Of a stretch of DNA of 64,000 nucleotides, positions 1-9,168 are shown piece after piece. The notes under the pieces are model-generated. The model was given only the letters and a program-made list of their open reading frames with translations. It was not told where the DNA came from and searched no databases. Location: the IMG/VR virus record IMGVR_UViG_3300025892_000009. One strand, given 5' to 3'. Origin of the DNA: a virus. Every line of letters starts with the position of its first letter. Positions within the stretch are counted from its first letter, which is position 1. A program made the position numbers and the translations under genes.

Positions 1-298
1 CAACAACAATGTCCACTAGACCCCAATCGGAAAGTAGTTTTGCAATACGATTACGACGTTGTAAATCATTCTGCACAATATTAGTTGGCTTGCCATCTAA
101 AGCAAACAACTCTTTAAAGTGGACAATGTAATACTTACCGCGTTTATGCAAAATATGGCAAGACTGATACAATTTACGCTCTTTGCGTGAAGCAACGCCA
201 ATTCTAGTTAGAGTTTCTCTGACTTTCAAAAAATCATCAGGCTCTTTAAGGCTAACTTCTAGCATCATATCTTGAGACCAGTTGATCTCATCACTCAT
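1..298 (-). CDS. regA: RegA translational repressor (3' end outside window; not in ORF track)
   Basis: Hand translation from ATG at 298: MSDEINWSQDMMLEVSLKEPDDFLKVRETLTRIGVASRKERKLYQSCHILHKRGKYYIVHFKELFALDG, the RegA signature. ATGA overlap with gp62 stop; T4 synteny 45-44-62-regA. Confidence 0.95.
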   Translation of the reverse strand, partial: MSDEINWSQDMMLEVSLKEPDDFLKVRETLTRIGVASRKERKLYQSCHILHKRGKYYIVHFKELFALDGKPTNIVQNDLQRRNRIAKLLSDWGLVDIVV

Positions 299-690
299 CG
301 CTTTCCTCCAGTATCTAACTTAGTTTTAATAACCTCAATCTGCTCCTTAGTCAAAATTCTCATTGCCTGACGAGCATGTTCTGTAGTGTATCCATAGTAT
401 TTCTTAACTAAGTCAAGATCACTATCTTTGGACTTCTTATCCCAAGGAGAAAATCTTTTGGATTTCCTGATACTATATAGGTAAAACTGATATTGAAGAT
501 CATTGTCTAAATGAGACGCTGCATTCATTTGATTAGCATGCATAACAGTATCAAGATGCTGTGCAAGACACTTGTTAATAACGAATGCAGGGTATTTCTT
601 CATCGCTCTCTCATCTTCGGTAAGATCACCTTGCTTCAGATTAATACTGTTAAGGTAATCCTTGAGAGGAATCTCATAATCTTTACTCAT
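295..690 (-). CDS. gp62: Clamp loader small subunit
   Basis: LKDYLNSIN...YPAFVINKCL...QYQFYLYSIRKSKRFSPW pattern; lies between gp44 and regA. Confidence 0.9.
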   Translation of the reverse strand: MSKDYEIPLKDYLNSINLKQGDLTEDERAMKKYPAFVINKCLAQHLDTVMHANQMNAASHLDNDLQYQFYLYSIRKSKRFSPWDKKSKDSDLDLVKKYYGYTTEHARQAMRILTKEQIEVIKTKLDTGGKR

Positions 691-1519
691 TGTACAATGA
701 CTCTAATGGTGAAATGTCTCTATAGTTAGTAACCAACAACTCAGTCTTGAGTTTATTATCAGGACGATGTTTCATACCATACGTGATACGAAACTCCTCT
801 TGGTTAAACTTAGAATATGATTTCTTCAATTCTTCATTTACATTATAAGTTACTAACCAGTTGTTAGGTGACTCATGGCACAATTCAATAAACCTGTCAT
901 GCTTAAACTCTTTATGCATTTCTGCTTTGGCACCATACAAGTAACTACTAATCATATATGGTGGATCCAAGAAACAGAATGTCCCATCACCTTCATGCAT
1001 TAATAGTTCTGAGTAATCATGGTTAGTAATTTCCCAGTGTTGAATAATTTCAGAGACTTCCTTTAATTTTTTAGCACCACGAGTAGAAAAGTTTTGGTTG
1101 GATGCAGATGCAGAGAAAGAAGAGTTTTCCGTTAACCCACTATAACTGCACTTATTAAGAATCCAAAACAACACTGCTGAACGAAACGTGTCTGCTTCGG
1201 AAATCTCTTCTTTAGCAGAGAGAAATAACTCTTTTGCCTTTTCTTCTGTGCTGTTTTCTTCTTTGATTGCAACAAGGATATCAGATAATTCGTCACCATG
1301 ATCTTGTAAGGTGATCCAGAAGTCATATAAATTGTCATACTTATCGTTTACCCATACAGGGATATCGGGATACTTCTGAGAAAACAGAAGTGCTACAGAC
1401 GCGCCACCGAGAAAAGGTTCTCGGAATTCTTTGATATCCCTAGGAAATTTTTCGAGTAACATAGGTGCTACTCTTGATTTTCCACCAGGATATCTCAGAG
1501 GTGTTTTCAAGTATTTCAT
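683..1519 (-). CDS. dam: DNA adenine methyltransferase (D12/Dam class)
   Basis: LRYPGGKS, EPFLGGASV (SAM-binding) and FLDPPY catalytic motif. Start moved to MKYLK at 1519 (track start 1537). Confidence 0.9.
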   Translation of the reverse strand: MKYLKTPLRYPGGKSRVAPMLLEKFPRDIKEFREPFLGGASVALLFSQKYPDIPVWVNDKYDNLYDFWITLQDHGDELSDILVAIKEENSTEEKAKELFLSAKEEISEADTFRSAVLFWILNKCSYSGLTENSSFSASASNQNFSTRGAKKLKEVSEIIQHWEITNHDYSELLMHEGDGTFCFLDPPYMISSYLYGAKAEMHKEFKHDRFIELCHESPNNWLVTYNVNEELKKSYSKFNQEEFRITYGMKHRPDNKLKTELLVTNYRDISPLESLYNE

Positions 1520-1529
1520 AGTAAAGATT

Positions 1530-2201
1530 CTACCCATTCATATTACCACGGACCTTGGGATGTTGCAATATCACATTGAGTTGTGCCATATCCCATGGTC
1601 CTACATTGACGGGACCTACGGGAAAAGCATTGAATGATACTGACCAACGATCAAAATTTTCAACTTGCCTTCCAGAATAATGCTTCAACCAAGATGGAAA
1701 AATAATTAACTTACCTGGCTCAGCATCAATCTTTGCATTGATACCCCAATCATTATCTAAACTCTCATGATGAAAAATATCTAGAGTATCATTTGTCCTA
1801 GGTGTGCATGGATCTTCAAAAAATGTAGGAGCACCATCAGTGAAATAATAGATAGCACTTAGATATGCCATTGGGTGCCTATGTAATGGATGCCCATAAC
1901 CACTATTTGCTGGAGCATAATTATACCAGCACAATGACAATGCTAAGTCATCACAATATAGTTTATAAACTTCTCTCCATTCACCTAAACAATCTTCAAA
2001 AAATTCCATGAGTAGTTGTGTCTCTGGATGATCCGTATAATGAAGATCTGGTGCTGATGTAAATACACCTTCAGGAAAGTTACTTTGCTGTGAAGGTAAA
2101 GTCTTAAAGTGCTCAATAATTTTTGAATGATTCTCAGCATCAGGATTATGATATTCTCTAACAACTACTGGAAATAAATTAATCTCTTTACCAAATGTCA
2201 T
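1530..2201 (-). CDS. 2OG-Fe(II) oxygenase-like protein (TIGR02466-type)
   Basis: HPLHRHPMAYLSAIYY, LIIFPSWLKH, DRWSVSFN double-stranded beta-helix motifs. Confidence 0.8.
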   Translation of the reverse strand: MTFGKEINLFPVVVREYHNPDAENHSKIIEHFKTLPSQQSNFPEGVFTSAPDLHYTDHPETQLLMEFFEDCLGEWREVYKLYCDDLALSLCWYNYAPANSGYGHPLHRHPMAYLSAIYYFTDGAPTFFEDPCTPRTNDTLDIFHHESLDNDWGINAKIDAEPGKLIIFPSWLKHYSGRQVENFDRWSVSFNAFPVGPVNVGPWDMAQLNVILQHPKVRGNMNG

Positions 2202-2854
2202 ACAATATCACCAAGATTTAAAGCACCCAAAGTAGTCCAACCATTTACTGAAACTTCAGCCATGGGACGATCATAACCACCTTTGTTAATAATTCCCGAT
2301 GGAAAGGTATTGAAAGCAATAGTATATCTATCAATGTCAGAAGTATTCTCAACACTAGAGTGGACAACGTAACTAGGAAAAATTACAAGACCACCTGCAC
2401 CTGGATGCACAAACGCTCTAGACTCAGATGCAGGTCCACCATCAAGATGCATCTGACCCCACTCACGATCGCGAAGTGGATCTAAGAATACTGTAGGTGG
2501 TCCTTCAGTGAGGTAGAAAATTGCACTGAGATATGACATAGGATGTCTATGTGGAGAATGACAATCTCCACTCTTAGCATCACTTCGATTGACCCAAGAC
2601 TTATTGACTATCAAACGATCGCAGTGCCAACCATTATCGGCATGTAACTGATCAACACATCGTTGAAACCATTTATGTAGATCATAAAAATTAGGATCCG
2701 AATGAATTTGATCACTGGTGCCTACACCAGAAGGCTCATTATATCTACGGTATTCTAAAAGTTTAGCTTTCTCTAAAGTTTCTTTTGTTAGTTTTTCTGG
2801 TGCTCTAAAAGTAAAAAATCTAACTGGGAAAAGAAAATCATTACTATACTTCAT
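2198..2854 (-). CDS. 2OG-Fe(II) oxygenase-like protein (TIGR02466-type), paralog of 1530-2201
   Basis: HSPHRHPMSYLSAIFY, LVIFPSYVVH, DRYTIAFN. Confidence 0.8.
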   Translation of the reverse strand: MKYSNDFLFPVRFFTFRAPEKLTKETLEKAKLLEYRRYNEPSGVGTSDQIHSDPNFYDLHKWFQRCVDQLHADNGWHCDRLIVNKSWVNRSDAKSGDCHSPHRHPMSYLSAIFYLTEGPPTVFLDPLRDREWGQMHLDGGPASESRAFVHPGAGGLVIFPSYVVHSSVENTSDIDRYTIAFNTFPSGIINKGGYDRPMAEVSVNGWTTLGALNLGDIV

Positions 2855-3798
2855 TTATATTCACACCTCACCATCAACTCTGTTAAAAATGCAACCATGT
2901 TGATCTCTTGATCAACAACAAAACTAGACTTATACTGATACTCACTAATAATTAGGACTGCTTCAGGAATAGTCTCTGGTTTAAAATAGGTGTAGAGATG
3001 ATCATAGATTTTCCTCATAATAACAGTAGGCTCATTATCAAGATTCTGAGTAACCCACTTCTTCATATTGGTAAACTCTTTCTGCTTGAGATATCCCACT
3101 ACTGAGGAAATATTAATGTCATTACTAATACCTAGTATACCAGTATCTATACTTCCAGATGATGCATACCTCTGCAACTCATTAAGAGTGCGACGGAAAT
3201 CAGGGAAGTACTTCTGGACTACTTCAGCAACTACCTTCTTATCATATTCAACATTTTCTTTAGAGAGGATATCAGTAACTCTACCAAAGAATGCAGCTGC
3301 TTGATGCTGCTTCTCCTTACCCTGCTGAGAAAACTCAACTACTGAGCATCGAGAATGTAGAGGGGAGATGATCTTATTCTTATAGTTGCAAGTAAAGATG
3401 AATCTACAATTCCCAGAAAACTCCTCCATGCAAGCACGTAGGAGCAGTTGCACATCAGGTGTAGTGTTGTCTGCCTCATCAATGATGATGACCTTGTGAC
3501 GTGCCTTAGAGGTCAGAGAGACCGTCGATGCATAAACCTTGGCACGATTGCGTACCGTATCCAGAAAACGACCTTCATCAGATCCGTTAATAACCATACA
3601 ATCGGTCCCCAACTCGCTGCAAAGGGCTTTTGCAATCGTCGTCTTTCCAACACCAGCAGGGCCAGCGAGCAAGAGATTGGGAATTTCACCTTTCTGTAGA
3701 AATCCCTCAAAGATTTTCTTAGTGGAATCTGGAAGGATGCAGTCATCGATAGTTTTCGGACGATACTTTTCAACCCAAAGGAAGAGTTTATCAGACAT
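2851..3798 (-). CDS. gp44: Clamp loader large subunit
   Basis: LWVEKYRP, Walker A GPAGVGKT, Walker B IIIDEAD, RFC SRC motif. Confidence 0.97.
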   Translation of the reverse strand: MSDKLFLWVEKYRPKTIDDCILPDSTKKIFEGFLQKGEIPNLLLAGPAGVGKTTIAKALCSELGTDCMVINGSDEGRFLDTVRNRAKVYASTVSLTSKARHKVIIIDEADNTTPDVQLLLRACMEEFSGNCRFIFTCNYKNKIISPLHSRCSVVEFSQQGKEKQHQAAAFFGRVTDILSKENVEYDKKVVAEVVQKYFPDFRRTLNELQRYASSGSIDTGILGISNDINISSVVGYLKQKEFTNMKKWVTQNLDNEPTVIMRKIYDHLYTYFKPETIPEAVLIISEYQYKSSFVVDQEINMVAFLTELMVRCEYK

Positions 3799-4321
3799 AG
3801 TTTGAATTAAGAATCACGCGGGTTTGATGGTTGACAGGAGAGTGTCCTGTATGAATTATATCCCCATCAAAGATAATAACACGGTTTGGTTTGGGCTCGA
3901 TCACTTGAGAGACAGTTAGAGTATCGGGATACTTACCATCCCATCTCTCATTATACATGACAGTTTCCCCATCACTCTCATTGACATAAAAGACAGAAGA
4001 GTAATGAGGAAACTGAAAATCAACATGAGGTGGATGTTTGATCTTGTCAGGGTGGACTACAGTCATGTCTGCTCTACACCTGAGCAACTCTTTAGCACCA
4101 CAGATATCTTTTACCTGATACATGAAAGGTAAGATCAAAGCACAATGAGGACTTCTAACCTCTTCCATGTAGAAGTTATGACTGAAGTTTACCCGTGGTG
4201 GTCCTGGAAGACCAGGAGCAAGATTGGGTTGACAATACCAGTCAAAGTCCCAACTGATGAGGAGACGATGAATCTCCTCAAAGTAAGAAGGGGTCAGAAA
4301 GTCGTCAATAACTTTGATCAA
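3791..4321 (-). CDS. 2OG-Fe(II) oxygenase family protein
   Basis: MIKVIDDFL, HPPHVD (HxD), VFYVNESDGET, EPKPNRVIIFDGDIIH, RVILNSNY. Confidence 0.8.
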   Translation of the reverse strand: MIKVIDDFLTPSYFEEIHRLLISWDFDWYCQPNLAPGLPGPPRVNFSHNFYMEEVRSPHCALILPFMYQVKDICGAKELLRCRADMTVVHPDKIKHPPHVDFQFPHYSSVFYVNESDGETVMYNERWDGKYPDTLTVSQVIEPKPNRVIIFDGDIIHTGHSPVNHQTRVILNSNYV

Positions 4322-5025
4322 TTAGTCTCAAGTGCAATAAAGTAATCCAGATTTGAATGCGTCAAGGAGTTGAAGTTAGCAATATTCTTATTGCTAATAC
4401 AGACATGATAACTACCATCCAAAAGTCTGAGGTTTTCAACCTTGAAACAATAGCAGAAGTTTTGAGAATCACCCTGTGCTTCCTTATCAAAGGTAACTTT
4501 CTTCAAGGGGAGAGAGAAGACATTAGATGTCTCATTCTTTTTATCCTTGACACAAACACTATACTCACCCTCATACCCATAGATACAAAGATCCTCTACA
4601 CCATAAACCTTTGCTGCTTGATTAAGTTGGAGCAGATCTTGCTGGGGGAGATCAAAGTGAATCTCTTTGCCAGGAAGATTGTAATCAAAATCAGGAGGAG
4701 TTAGAATGAAATCAGGATCACTGTAATAGAAGGTGGTTTTCCCCTTAGTATCTTCATCAAAGATGATGACTCGCTTACTATCAGGGAAGAAAAGTGTAGG
4801 ACTCTTGAATAGAGAAAGAGCACCTAGGAAAAGAGGAAGATCATAGATCGCCATCTGCTCAGGAATTCCTTCACGAATTTCAGTTGAAGCAATAATATTC
4901 TTATTGACCGAAATTGTCCGTAGCAATTTGCCTGGCTCGATCAAGATAGACTTATTGATTGTGCTGAAATTACGCAGAAAGTCGATGGTCTGCTTGCTGA
5001 GTTTGATCGTCTGTTGGTCTTGCAT
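4318..5025 (-). CDS. gp45: Sliding clamp
   Basis: KLSKQTIDFLRNFSTINKSI, IYDLPLFLG, YFIALE C-terminus; upstream of gp44. Confidence 0.93.
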   Translation of the reverse strand: MQDQQTIKLSKQTIDFLRNFSTINKSILIEPGKLLRTISVNKNIIASTEIREGIPEQMAIYDLPLFLGALSLFKSPTLFFPDSKRVIIFDEDTKGKTTFYYSDPDFILTPPDFDYNLPGKEIHFDLPQQDLLQLNQAAKVYGVEDLCIYGYEGEYSVCVKDKKNETSNVFSLPLKKVTFDKEAQGDSQNFCYCFKVENLRLLDGSYHVCISNKNIANFNSLTHSNLDYFIALETN

Positions 5026-5028
5026 AAT

Positions 5029-5316
5029 TTACTGAGGGTAGATTTCGGTGTTGGCGTTAACGTCGTTGAAGTGCATGAGCAACACAGCATAGTGTAACAC
5101 CTTCATGATGTCACGTCTAGATGTGCCTTTCTTATCGTATCGAGATGCATACTTAAGAATGTTGGATCTACAAAATGCCTCACCGTCTCCAACTGCTTGG
5201 ATAAGATCAAGTGTTTGAATACCGTCCATCCCTCCAGAGGAGTAGTGCTGATTGTATGTGGCAGTGATATAATCCTTCAACTCTTGAAGGATCTTTTCTT
5301 CATTGTAGCGATTCAT
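5029..5316 (-). CDS. DUF3310/SaV-like small protein
   Basis: QHY...GIQTLDLI...FCRSNILKYASRYDKKG...DIMKVLHY. Start placed at MNRYNEE (5316), just downstream of a sigma70 promoter. Confidence 0.7.
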   Translation of the reverse strand: MNRYNEEKILQELKDYITATYNQHYSSGGMDGIQTLDLIQAVGDGEAFCRSNILKYASRYDKKGTSRRDIMKVLHYAVLLMHFNDVNANTEIYPQ

Positions 5317-5338
5317 AATGTACGTGGTTTGTATAGGA

Positions 5339-5367
5339 ATAATATCATGATGACAGCAATGTGTCAA
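5339..5367 (-). promoter_or_regulatory. Host-type sigma70 promoter for the DUF3310-gp45-gp44 operon
   Basis: TTGACA (5367-5362), 17 nt, TATTAT (5344-5339). Confidence 0.75.
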
Positions 5368-6433
5368 CAGTTTCAATATCAACTTCGCCATCAATCTTGT
5401 CATACAACTCCAAGAAAGATTGCTTAGTCTCATCATCAAATCGATTGAGACACATCTTGATTGCCTTCACTCGATCAGAAAAGATACTGTAAGCACGGAT
5501 GATATGGACTAGACGACGAGTAGAGATCACTTCATCAACACCACCATCATCAAAAGTCTTACGGATGATGTCTGCCCAATTAACTAAATTGGCAATGAAT
5601 TTATCATCACAGCAATCTAGATCGGAGCAGTAGTTATTGAGCATTTTAGATTCGATCTTTGGAGTAGGATACTCTTGCTCAAAGGTTAAAGGGAAACGCT
5701 CAAGGAATGCTTCATTGAGCACATTGGTGCCAATGAAACGACCATCTTCACTACCCTTACCCTTAGTATTTGCAGTTGCAATAACAGTAAATCCATCAGC
5801 AGGTTCTACATAACGACCAATCTTTTTCAGAAAGATTCCCTTACCCTCAAGAATAGATTGAAGACAGAGAATTTTATTGGACGCCAGATCAATCTCATCC
5901 AGAAGGAGGACACATCCTCTCTCAAGAGCCTCAATGACAGGACCATTGTGCCAGACAGTATTACCATCAACCAAACGGAAACCGCCAATAAGATCATCTT
6001 CATCAGTCTCAATAGTAATGTTGACACGAATCATCTCACGTTGAGTGCGAGCACATGCTTGCTCAACGCCAAGAGTCTTACCATTACCAGACATACCAGT
6101 AATGAAGATTGGATAAAAAAGATTACTAGATACTACCTTTTTAAGGTCAGCAAAGTTGCCGAAGGGAACAAAGTTTTTATCGTTAGATGGGATCAAGTTA
6201 TCGCTAGATGTGAGAGTTACAGTTTCTTCAAGAGTCTCACGCATTTCTTCAATGGTAAGAGTCCACATGCCCCTACCAGATTTATACGACTCAAGACGTT
6301 TGGTGATGAATGGATATGAAACTTTAAAGTGGTCAGCAGCATTTAGAAGTTTAGGGACAGTTACCTTTTCGCCGTAGTTTGAAAACAGATAGTCAACAAT
6401 GAGGTCAGTGGTGATATCAGACTTGGCAGGCAT
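5345..6433 (-). CDS. cobS: MoxR/CbbQ-type AAA+ ATPase (cyanophage 'CobS'-like)
   Basis: Walker A GMSGNGKT, Walker B LLLDEID, NEAFLERF, STRRLVH. Confidence 0.85.
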   Translation of the reverse strand: MPAKSDITTDLIVDYLFSNYGEKVTVPKLLNAADHFKVSYPFITKRLESYKSGRGMWTLTIEEMRETLEETVTLTSSDNLIPSNDKNFVPFGNFADLKKVVSSNLFYPIFITGMSGNGKTLGVEQACARTQREMIRVNITIETDEDDLIGGFRLVDGNTVWHNGPVIEALERGCVLLLDEIDLASNKILCLQSILEGKGIFLKKIGRYVEPADGFTVIATANTKGKGSEDGRFIGTNVLNEAFLERFPLTFEQEYPTPKIESKMLNNYCSDLDCCDDKFIANLVNWADIIRKTFDDGGVDEVISTRRLVHIIRAYSIFSDRVKAIKMCLNRFDDETKQSFLELYDKIDGEVDIETVDTLLSS

Positions 6434-6455
6434 GGTGTTTCTCGATTACCTTGTA

Positions 6456-6511
6456 ATTATAGAGCAGGTTGCAAGGCATATTGGTCAACCCAGGACGGTT
6501 TGTGATGTGGC
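6456..6511 (-). promoter_or_regulatory. Promoter for the AAA gene: -10 TATAAT plus upstream 20-bp motif
   Basis: TATAAT at 6461-6456; GCCACATCACAAACCGTCCT at 6511-6492, 30 nt upstream; no -35 at 17-nt spacing. Confidence 0.6.
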
Positions 6512-6993
6512 ACCCTTAGATAGTTTGATGCAACCCAAGGTTTGCTAGCAATGTATCGTTGATATGCTTCTTGAGTAGAGATAGAATCATCCAGTTTCCA
6601 TTCATCAGGCATTGCCCTGGCAAAAGGTGTATGCTTTTCAGTGCATCCATGCTGATAAATTAGTCCAGCCATGGATAAACTTCTCTTACATGCATGGACT
6701 TTATCATATCGAAACTGATATTCATCACATAATGAAATACCATGTTGAAGTAGCCACGCTATATTATGATCACTTTCTGCTACCCACTTAGTGCATGGAT
6801 GATTACGGAAAGCACCTTTCTCAGTGGCATAAGGACTACCATTTGCTTTAATGATAGGTCCGATATTCTTATACCAAGTACTGTATACAACCGCCAACAT
6901 TTGACAGCACTCTAGTGGCATTTTAACTATGTGCTTGTCTGGTAATTGGTGTGCTGATAAGGTTGGATCATCATCAACAGCAAAAATATTCAT
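6457..6993 (-). CDS. Pyrimidine-dimer DNA glycosylase / endonuclease V-like protein
   Basis: MNIF...DKHIVKMPLECCQML...NHPCTKW...HAC pattern. Confidence 0.7.
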   Translation of the reverse strand: MNIFAVDDDPTLSAHQLPDKHIVKMPLECCQMLAVVYSTWYKNIGPIIKANGSPYATEKGAFRNHPCTKWVAESDHNIAWLLQHGISLCDEYQFRYDKVHACKRSLSMAGLIYQHGCTEKHTPFARAMPDEWKLDDSISTQEAYQRYIASKPWVASNYLRVPHHKPSWVDQYALQPAL

Positions 6994-9146
6994 GCAATTT
7001 GACCAATAAATGAAGAGAGAATCTTTTTGTTGCCTGCCTTTGATTTCAAAGACTTTTTAAAAGCACTTCGGATCTGAGATTTAGTTGCATCTTCAGCAAC
7101 ATCAAACTCAGCATCCATATTTATATGACTTGCGGATAAGAAATACAATTCCTGAAACCCGCCCATATTAACACAAGCACTTTTGTTTTTACTAAATTCC
7201 CGTGATGCTTTTTCTCTCAACGGAGACTTTATCCCAGAGGAATTTAGTTTGGTTGAAAACTCACGAGGAGTGCAAACACGGAAACCAAGGAAGTTACATT
7301 GTGGGAAACGTCCTTTCATATACCTTAGCAGTTGCTCAGTCAAGTAACCATAAGAAGGAGCATAAGTGTAACCTTTCTTACGATCACGAATAATAATGCC
7401 ATCACCATAAAATCCAAGTGAAGATCGAAGATGCACATCTTCACCTCTGTGATTAACAACAACCCACTTACTAGATGCCTGTGCTTCACCATCAGTAAGA
7501 ATAGTCACATGGACTTTCTCGGCACCACATTGCTTTTGAAAATTTGGAATGATAGATTGCAACGTAACAATTGCCTCATTCAACGGAGTGCCTGAAAGAC
7601 CTAATACGGGGGGCAATTCCCTAGGCGTCTTAGATACTAACTCCCAATGGTTTTCTCTATTCCTAGATGCCTGACCATAATAGATGTGGTAGTTGTAAGT
7701 AACACGCCACAAATATTTTGCCATCAGATCAAAAGTAGAATTATTGAGTTTACTGCTCAACAAATTCATAAGGAAGAAGTGCTCTGGTATAGAAAATGAT
7801 TCTGGTTTACCTTTAGCATAGAATTTTTCGCGATCATAACCTTCTGGCATTAGTGCTGCATCACACACAAAACTATACACGTCAAAAGGTATATCACTTT
7901 TGCGACAGAAATAGCAGAGAGATAGCAATTGACTATAGGTATCGTGAATGGTGGTTGCCATAGATCCAGACCAGTCTAACAGAAATATCATACCGTGATT
8001 TTTACCATCAACAGTTGAAGTAACTTTTCGGAATAGATCTTCGTTAAATTTATAAGTATGCAATTTTCTAGTATCTAAAACGCCAGTGCGAGAAGTAGAT
8101 TGCCTTGAATATGCAGTCGCTGCTTTCTTCATCTCAAACTCTTTCGCGAGATAGTTTACTTCACGACTACATTCACGTTTGAATTTAGAAAATTCAGAAT
8201 CAACAAAACTCCAATCTAATCCTCTATACATTTCTTCCTTAGGGTCAGTAAAGATTGGTCTATTCCAGTACTCTTCAATCTGATACATAACTTTTTCAGT
8301 TGAAACAACATGGTAGTCCAGATCAGTATCTAAGATGTCTACATATTTTGGATTGCCATACTGTCTAGTAATATCTTTTAGATTTTCTTGGAGAGCAGTA
8401 TCAGTATCTGATTCTAAGTCGCTATCAGACTCACCACCAGAATCAGAATAACTAGGAGTATCAAGATCAGATTGATCATCTCCTTCCGAGTCTGCATCTC
8501 CTGGTTGAGAAACCTCTTCCTCAGATTCCCCTTCAGTTTTATCCATGGGAGTATCTCCAGTGCTTCCCGTTGGACTAGTCATTGCAGGGATTTTATTTTG
8601 CTCCTGGATATCCTTCTGATAATTGAATATAGCAACAGCAGCGTCGATCGCATCAGAAAAGGTTTCAGCAATCCCTACAGCGTCTCTCAGGGCAGTCTCA
8701 GCAGCATCAAAAGGTAAGAGTAGATATGCTCCTACTTTATAGTAAAGATTAATTTTATCTACAAGTTTCAGGGTATTAAGATCTGTGTCTTCAACACTAA
8801 AGAAATCTTCATCATTAAGGTGACGGTATCCAGCATAGAAATCCTTACTAAGACCTGGAAACTTACGCTTCATTAATTTTTCAATACGAGCATCTTCAGT
8901 AACATTGACGTATGATTTGGGACATGGAAGATTATCAAGAGAGTCGTCGTCAGGGGTATACAGTGCGTGACCAACTTCATGCCCTACAAGCATGGTGTAA
9001 ACTTGATCTGTCGTATCCCATATAGGCAACGTCAGTACGCGAGTGCTAACGTTAAAGGATGCTGTTGAGCAGTTTTTGTGCTCGATCAGAAGATTCTCAG
9101 TCGCCAGTAGTTTGGCAAGTTGCCCTTTGACTTCGTTGAATTCCAT
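6990..9146 (-). CDS. Zn-metallopeptidase + vWA (CobT-like) protein
   Basis: HEVGH (HExxH) and EDARIE, acidic linker, MIDAS DWSGS, GTPL, LTDGE. Start placed at MEFNEVKG (9146). Confidence 0.8.
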   Translation of the reverse strand: MEFNEVKGQLAKLLATENLLIEHKNCSTASFNVSTRVLTLPIWDTTDQVYTMLVGHEVGHALYTPDDDSLDNLPCPKSYVNVTEDARIEKLMKRKFPGLSKDFYAGYRHLNDEDFFSVEDTDLNTLKLVDKINLYYKVGAYLLLPFDAAETALRDAVGIAETFSDAIDAAVAIFNYQKDIQEQNKIPAMTSPTGSTGDTPMDKTEGESEEEVSQPGDADSEGDDQSDLDTPSYSDSGGESDSDLESDTDTALQENLKDITRQYGNPKYVDILDTDLDYHVVSTEKVMYQIEEYWNRPIFTDPKEEMYRGLDWSFVDSEFSKFKRECSREVNYLAKEFEMKKAATAYSRQSTSRTGVLDTRKLHTYKFNEDLFRKVTSTVDGKNHGMIFLLDWSGSMATTIHDTYSQLLSLCYFCRKSDIPFDVYSFVCDAALMPEGYDREKFYAKGKPESFSIPEHFFLMNLLSSKLNNSTFDLMAKYLWRVTYNYHIYYGQASRNRENHWELVSKTPRELPPVLGLSGTPLNEAIVTLQSIIPNFQKQCGAEKVHVTILTDGEAQASSKWVVVNHRGEDVHLRSSLGFYGDGIIIRDRKKGYTYAPSYGYLTEQLLRYMKGRFPQCNFLGFRVCTPREFSTKLNSSGIKSPLREKASREFSKNKSACVNMGGFQELYFLSASHINMDAEFDVAEDATKSQIRSAFKKSLKSKAGNKKILSSFIGQIA

Positions 9147-9168
9147 ACGCTTTGCGGTCGATGCATAT

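Noticed and set aside
5317-5439. Track N-terminal extensions (also 9147-9197, 1520-1537, 28139-28165, 29771-29788)
   Set aside because: They run through promoters or neighbouring genes; downstream ATGs fit better.
5345-6433. Cobalamin synthesis role implied by the name CobS
   Set aside because: Only the generic MoxR AAA+ fold is evident and no other cob genes are present; the name is kept as a family label only.
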